DNA of 64,000 bases. Origin: Blasia pusilla. Taxonomy: Eukaryota. Location of the stretch: the NCBI GenBank assembly GCA_050084515.1, contig CM114271.1, forward strand, positions 8,618,001 to 8,682,000. The letters run 5' to 3'. The position numbers and the translations under genes are program-made. The notes beneath the pieces were generated by a model that did no database searches, had not been told where the DNA came from, and saw only the letters and a list, made by a program, of their open reading frames with translations. Position 1 is the first letter of the stretch, and every line of letters starts with the position of its first letter. Below, in pieces: positions 58,161 through 64,000 of this stretch.

Positions 58161-59185
58161 TCATTGTCTTAAAACTACCAGCAACACATAGTACATGTGC
58201 TTACAAGGGAAATACCTTTTGCCACTTGTCTCTCTTTGGACAAAGTCATCACATAAACATGTGGGAAAGCAACAGATGTGCACCACATACACCCATGTGA
58301 CACTTCAATTTATAGTGTTGTTCTTGACCCAATACATCCTTCCTATTCCACTGCCACTCAGGACATCTTTCGTGGCGATGATCTCCATTTTTGCCTCCCG
58401 AGCTGATGCAATTCGCTTTGCTCTCTCCACCGTTGGCCTACACATTTTATTTCTCTTCGCCCCATTTCTAGACTCAAACAAAAATAGTGGATTGAGATCA
58501 TCCATCTTCTCCGGGTACATGTTGACATCAATCTTGGGTTGAATACAAAATACGAAGGTCTCTATAATGCGAACATGCTCCGAACTTCCCCCGTCTACGA
58601 GTCTGAAACCGGCACTTGTAAGATTGTCCACTTCGTCTTGAGTGCAATTCGTACCTGAGACGATGGGCCAAATCGTGGGGGTATTCCCCAGAGCTCCAAT
58701 GGCAGCTGGATAAGACTTCCAGAAAGTGCAAGATTCATTTGGGCAGAAGAAGTATTCAATTGATCCCCGGTCCTCGTGAAACGATCAAAGGTTTTGAGTC
58801 CCCAAAACCCAGGGAGTGGTCGTCGGTCCTTGTCTGATTCTTATTTAGGAAAGTGCCGCATGCTCTCCTAATGCCATCAGATCCCGCCTTGCAAGTGGGT
58901 CCACGTCTGGGTTGCTCGAGATATATGCCACCGTTTTAGGTTGCAATCCACCTCCATTACCGGAATCCCATATTGTTGAACCACCCCAGTGACAGGATGT
59001 TGCGAACTTCCAGCAACGGAGGGCTTTTGAAATAAAACATTCACTGATTTTGGAGAAGTTACTCCATCACGGATTTGGGAGCGGCTCGGGATCCCCAAAT
59101 ACCTGGGCGGCATAATTTCCTCATCCAAATCAATCACCGGATTCGTTCCTCGATGCTGCCTCTTCACATGCATGAAGTCAAGATA
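58161..59185 (-). pseudogene. Degenerate SWIM zinc-finger protein, probably from a DNA transposon
   Basis: Reading through the stop of ORF 58305-58631 gives YVVHICCFPTCLCDDFVQRETSGKRYFPCKHMYYV (CxC-xn-CxH). Confidence 0.65.
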
Positions 59186-59965
59186 CTTATCTGGTCTCCA
59201 CGAGTCTCGCTCGGACTACTCTACCACCATTTGTATGGAACGTCTTGAAACGCGCCCACGAATATCCCCACCAATGTGTACGTCTTGCTCGAGGGGAGTT
59301 CCTGCTACGCTCGAGTAAGATGTACATATTGGTGGGGATATTTGTGGAACCAATGAGTTGGATGATTTTATGGAGTGTGATAGTTGGTGCGATGCACAAA
59401 GGATGCGAAACTTGCAGAGATTCAACCCCTTTATGGCGTGGAAGAGACTTTTTCAGCATCTAGAGGGCCCTCCCATGGATGATTATCATGAGTCTCGGAT
59501 TCTTCATGAGGCAGAGATCGATGCGTGGAGAATATTTTGGTCTCCAGGATATGTGTCCCTCACAAGGCATGCTATGAATGTTGTGGCGGGTGTCGTAGCA
59601 CCCATTAATTGCACGGAGGAGACACTTGGAGGTATTGTCAATCCAAGTCTTATGAGTGTGACCAGCCGAGTACCACCCACGTTCAACCCGTTGGTTGAGT
59701 TCTTCAGAGAGTTGGGGAGGAACTATTAGGGGGTGAGGACCGACAAGCTGAAGTCGATTCATGAGTTTCAGCAGAGCGGGAAAGACTCTTCAGGAGGCCT
59801 ATGCACGACTCCGACAGTTGATTATAACGACTCAGGGTATGACAGAGGGGCAAGTCGTTCAGTTTTGGTATGTGATGCTAGACCGCGATTGGCGGAAGAG
59901 AGTGCGAGATGCAAATCTCTTATATATTGGTTCAGCTACTCTCAGGTCTGTATTTTTGTTGGCGG

Positions 59966-61150
59966 TGTCGTATAGTAAAATCAGCCAATGTGTTAACTCC
60001 TTCCTCATTAAGTGTTAGATAGAGTTTTATTAGTATTAAGTAAATTAGCTTAGAAAAAGGAAATTCCCATGTTTGAACCTCTTTATGGTGTCTCTTTTAT
60101 GCGTGCCCAACTTTAGGAAAAGAGGTCATAAATAAAAGATGACTTTATAAAAGTAAAGTAGTGAGGTTGGTGCTTTAATAAAAAACAAAAGTAGTCTTGG
60201 TTGGTGACTAGGTTAGTTGGGGTAATTTGGAAAATATCAAGTGAGTAAAAGAGGATATTTTTGGAAGAGATAAGAGGAAATCTACTTGTGTCAAAATGTG
60301 ATTGGCTAAGCCTTGAGAGGTAGCCATGTGGCACAACATAAGATTAGCTCTATTTCGTATTCTTGTGGATCTCTTGTGAGTATATAAAGAAGAGGGACCT
60401 TCCAGGGTTCATCACCTTCTATTTCATATCTTCAGTCTTTCGTGTCACTCTTGAGTGTATGGCTTTGGGATTACTTGCTCTTCCAATGAGTCATAATGAA
60501 AATTTTTGTCATATAAAAAAAGTGAATATTTTGGCTTGTTATTTTCCTAGTGAGAGTGAATTATCCCTCTCGGAAGAATAATTCCTCCAAAGCCCATTCT
60601 TGAGGAGAGTAGAGAATGTCTATCAAGCATGGATAGGGATGGAGCACGAGTTGTGCGCGAATTTCCTTTCCTCAATCATTATCATGTCAAGGTACTCTTT
60701 GTAGATAGGCACTGATTAAGTTGCTATTTAGTTTATCACTTTGGGGAGGCGTTCATGAACCAGGTCATGCAATCCCCAACTCCGGTGATTCTTCCTATGG
60801 TCCGATATGGAAGGACATGGGATTGTACTTTGTTTGTCCTTATATAGCAATCCATGGAAGTCAATAGGCCTTCTCAAGTAGAGTTTAATACTAGTTATGC
60901 TATCTTCCTCGTGTACAAGAATGAAGTAGTTTATAGGGATTTTATAGTTAGGAATTTTGGGAATTCATGTTACAAAGAAGTGATCGCTTCGGCACTTCCA
61001 TTTGTGATACCTGTCGTGAGGGAATGGAGAATATCCATAATAATTTTGTATTGAAAAAGGAGAACTTCTTAGAGAGTTCATCTTGCATCAACCATGTCTG
61101 CCGCAGCTAGAAGGCCCGCCCTTACTTGAAAAAAGGCTCTCAACACAACA
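59966..61150 (+). repeat. Solo LTR of family D inside B2 gag
   Basis: TGTCGTATAG...ACACAACA; flanks GCGG/GCGA; gag reads SVFLLAERIELN when the LTR is removed. Confidence 0.9.
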
Positions 61151-63149
61151 GCGAAGCGTATTGAGCTCAACATACTCGAGGAGAGAGTTTTTACAATTGG
61201 GGCGTCATTTTTTAGGGAGACGACATGAGTGACGGTGTCTCCATGAGTGCAGCAGTGCACTACTCAAGATAGAGTCATGGGACCGAGGGCTACGGGAGGA
61301 TATCGGGAGCCCAGGATCACGACCAATTCAGTCATACGTTGGGCAACAGGGCTCAGGTATTTATTGTTGGACGTGTGGAGGATTACATCATCAGCGAGAT
61401 TATAGACATCAGAGTGGAGTGCAGGCAGCACCATCAGCTGTTTATGAGGCGACATAGGGGAGACCACCCTTACCTCAGTGTGATCATTGCCTGAGGTATG
61501 AGCACACACTTTAGAGATGTTTTGAACTCCATCCCGAGTTGGGCCTAGAGGGACGTCGAGGACGTGGAGGTGGCAGAGGATAAGGTGTATGAGATTGAGG
61601 ACGTGGTGGAGAGAGGATACCACCACATACCAGAGCGAGTGCAGCACTTGCATCACAGGCAGCTTTGGCGAGGATTGTTGAGTTGGAGCAACGCCTTCAG
61701 GCTATGACGGCCGAGCAGGCATCTACATCAGGTGTAGGAGGCGCGTCGACTTCTGAATCTGCTCAGGCCCAGGATACGGCAAGAGATCTATGAGGTATGG
61801 GATTTTTGTGCAACACCGCAGAGGTGGATGCAGATGTAGTGGTTACGAGAGGTACGGTGAGAGCTTCTAAGCCACGAGGATCCGATATGGAGTTGGATCC
61901 CCAAAGGGAAGAAGCTGGCAAGCAGGCTAGACTTCCCCAGTCTTTTAAATTATCATACGCTCTTCGGACCCCATCGATGGTCCCAATACAGCCTTTGAGG
62001 AGTGTTGTTGTTGCAGATGTCGATGCAATTAGAGGAGCAAGTGAGGCGAGTACATCTACCAGGCCTATGCAATATTCGACATGGCCTAGTACTGGCACGT
62101 TACGAGAGATGGCGACGACATTGTGTAGCGTCCCACTATTTACGACCACAATTTTGTTGGTATGTGGAGGTCAACCAAGTGAGGTTTTCCGGTTGGCGGA
62201 GACGCTTTGTGAGAGCAATGAGTTTGGTTCTTCTAGTGTTGAGACTCGCACAGAAGATGTGGCAGAAGTACCCTTGGAGCAAGTGCTCGGGACGAGGACC
62301 ACACAGAGTTGGCATGCAACAGCGGCTAGAGTGGCGGAGTTGCTAGCTAGACCGACCATAGAGCGTGCAACCGTCTCACCATGAGTTTTTGTCTTGGACA
62401 ACCGAGATTGAGTTTTCCAGTTGGTTGGTCCATGCGGAGTCGTGTATCGATTGCAGAGAGTGCTACTTGATTCAGAAGCACAACCCCTTATGTTAAGGAA
62501 GGTGGCATGTGTAGGGATGGGATTGTGGAAGTGTGAGATCACTCCATGTCCATTCCACATTCAGACTTCTTTGGGAGGCACATCCTAGACACAATTCATG
62601 ACTCGAGATGAGATTGCAGTAAGGATTCGGCCTTATCATCCTACGGATAGTGCGATGGTGCGAACGCGAGCGATTGTGACACCGGCCGAGTCTTATGATG
62701 TTTTGGTAGGGGCTACCGTATTGTATCCTCTAGGGTTCACACTTGATTTTTGGGAGGAGACATCCTCCTATCGACCAGGCTGGCAGTCACGTGAGGGACG
62801 AGCCAGTGAGCTACCCGCGCAATTTGCAAGGAGACTTGATGGTTCACTCCGAGGGTCGACCACAACAATTGCTGCTTATTGTGGCACACTATGTTGGCCT
62901 AGAGATATACTAGAGGGCAACGCCAATGCAGAGGATATTCCTGTGGAGGATAGTCCTGAGGAGGGGCATGCGATGACGAGCGTGCCTACATCTGTTGGCG
63001 ACACTTCTTCAGTTTTGTGGGGGACGAGCATGGATTTGCAGAGGAGAGTAGACGAGCTTGTGAGGCAGGCGTGGAGCCAAACCTGTGCTCTAGGAGTGGA
63101 GATGTTGACACCCTTGGACACCACACCGATCATGTGGCAGTATCGCAAG

Positions 63150-64000
63150 AAGGGTGTGCGTATACTAGATCTCTTTGGAGGGATAAGTACAGCATTGGCT
63201 GCATTGTTGCAGGCAAGAGTACGAGTACAACATTACTTGTATGTGGAGAGAGAGATGAGACTGCACGTAGAGTCTCATTATATCATGTGTCGAGACTAGT
63301 CCAACAGTATCCTCAGTTATTGCTAGTGTCTATAGTTAGGGGATATCAACATGTATTACCGGCTGACATTTTGTTGTTGGGGGCGCCATGTGTAGATAGG
63401 GTTGGTCCGATACACTTGGTGGCGGCAAGGTGGCCATGTCAGGGTCATACTTCGGCGAGTCGGGGACTTGGTTTGCAGGACCCAAGGTCGGCCATGTTTT
63501 GGGAGATGTTGCGAGTTCTTTGTCACTTGCAGACTACCCAGCGATGTTCTCCAGCCTACATTTTGGAGAATGTCCCTTTGTTAGGTAACACTCAAGCCCG
63601 AGTGATGGCAAGTGTACATCTGGTGCGGTTTTGGATAGGACCGGCAGTGATGTTGGATGCGGCGAGCATTGGATCGCACGCATACCATCCACGATTGTGG
63701 TGGACGAATCTTTTACCATCTGTGTTGCTGAGGCCGGCTTATGATGGAGTCCACAGACCATCACTACTTACAGTGGATGGTCTAATCTTGTATCCACGTC
63801 GGCGATCTCATGTTGTTACTCATGATGATGTACCACCGTTGGCAGTGGCCAATCGGGTGGGCCAGCAGAGGGGAGCATTGCCTACGTTGGTGAGTTTTCC
63901 GGCATCTCATGCTTTTTGTCAAGGAGGACCAGGCATGATATGGGATAAGCATGCAGGTACACTAGTGGAGTCTTACGCCGACGAGCTAGAGCAAGCTATG
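63150..64000 (+). pseudogene. DNMT3-like C5 DNA methyltransferase domain of B2
   Basis: ILDLFGGIS (63162), one frameshift in the GA run near 63250, then open to the window end: IHLVAARWPCQG (Cys codon 63437-63439), GLQDPRSAMFWE, YILENVP (ENV 63566-63574), LDAASIGSHAYHPRLWWTNL. Confidence 0.92.

Larger units (their letters stand above)
59186..64000 (+). mobile_element. Family B copy B2 (gag, protease, methyltransferase); runs off the window
   Basis: gag FNPLVEFFREL is homologous to B1; protease VLLDSEAQ and YDVLVG; methyltransferase from ~63150. Confidence 0.92.

Overview
This is a eukaryotic, plant-type window made almost entirely of nested, mostly degenerate transposable elements, with no intact host gene. 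The host is inferred to be a non-flowering land plant, from CCCTAAA repeats, intron-containing DXR and DNMT3-type exons, and CACTA and Athila/Tat-like elements. Five Ty3/Gypsy families (labelled A-E here), a LINE bounded by (CT)n, a 19.5-kb CACTA with TIRs and TSD, and a second CACTA end followed by host-gene exons were resolved. The main finding is Gypsy family B (two diverged copies, 7282-17339 and 59186-64000+). It encodes a DNMT3-like C5 DNA methyltransferase inside pol between protease and RT, and the one copy whose integrase is in the window ends in a PHD finger. Separately, the large CACTA carries an EDM2-like composite PHD module and an intact BRCT-domain ORF, and spliceable host-type DNMT3 and DXR exons lie inward of the second CACTA end. 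All homology calls come from recognising motifs by eye; no database search was run, and many boundaries are approximate.
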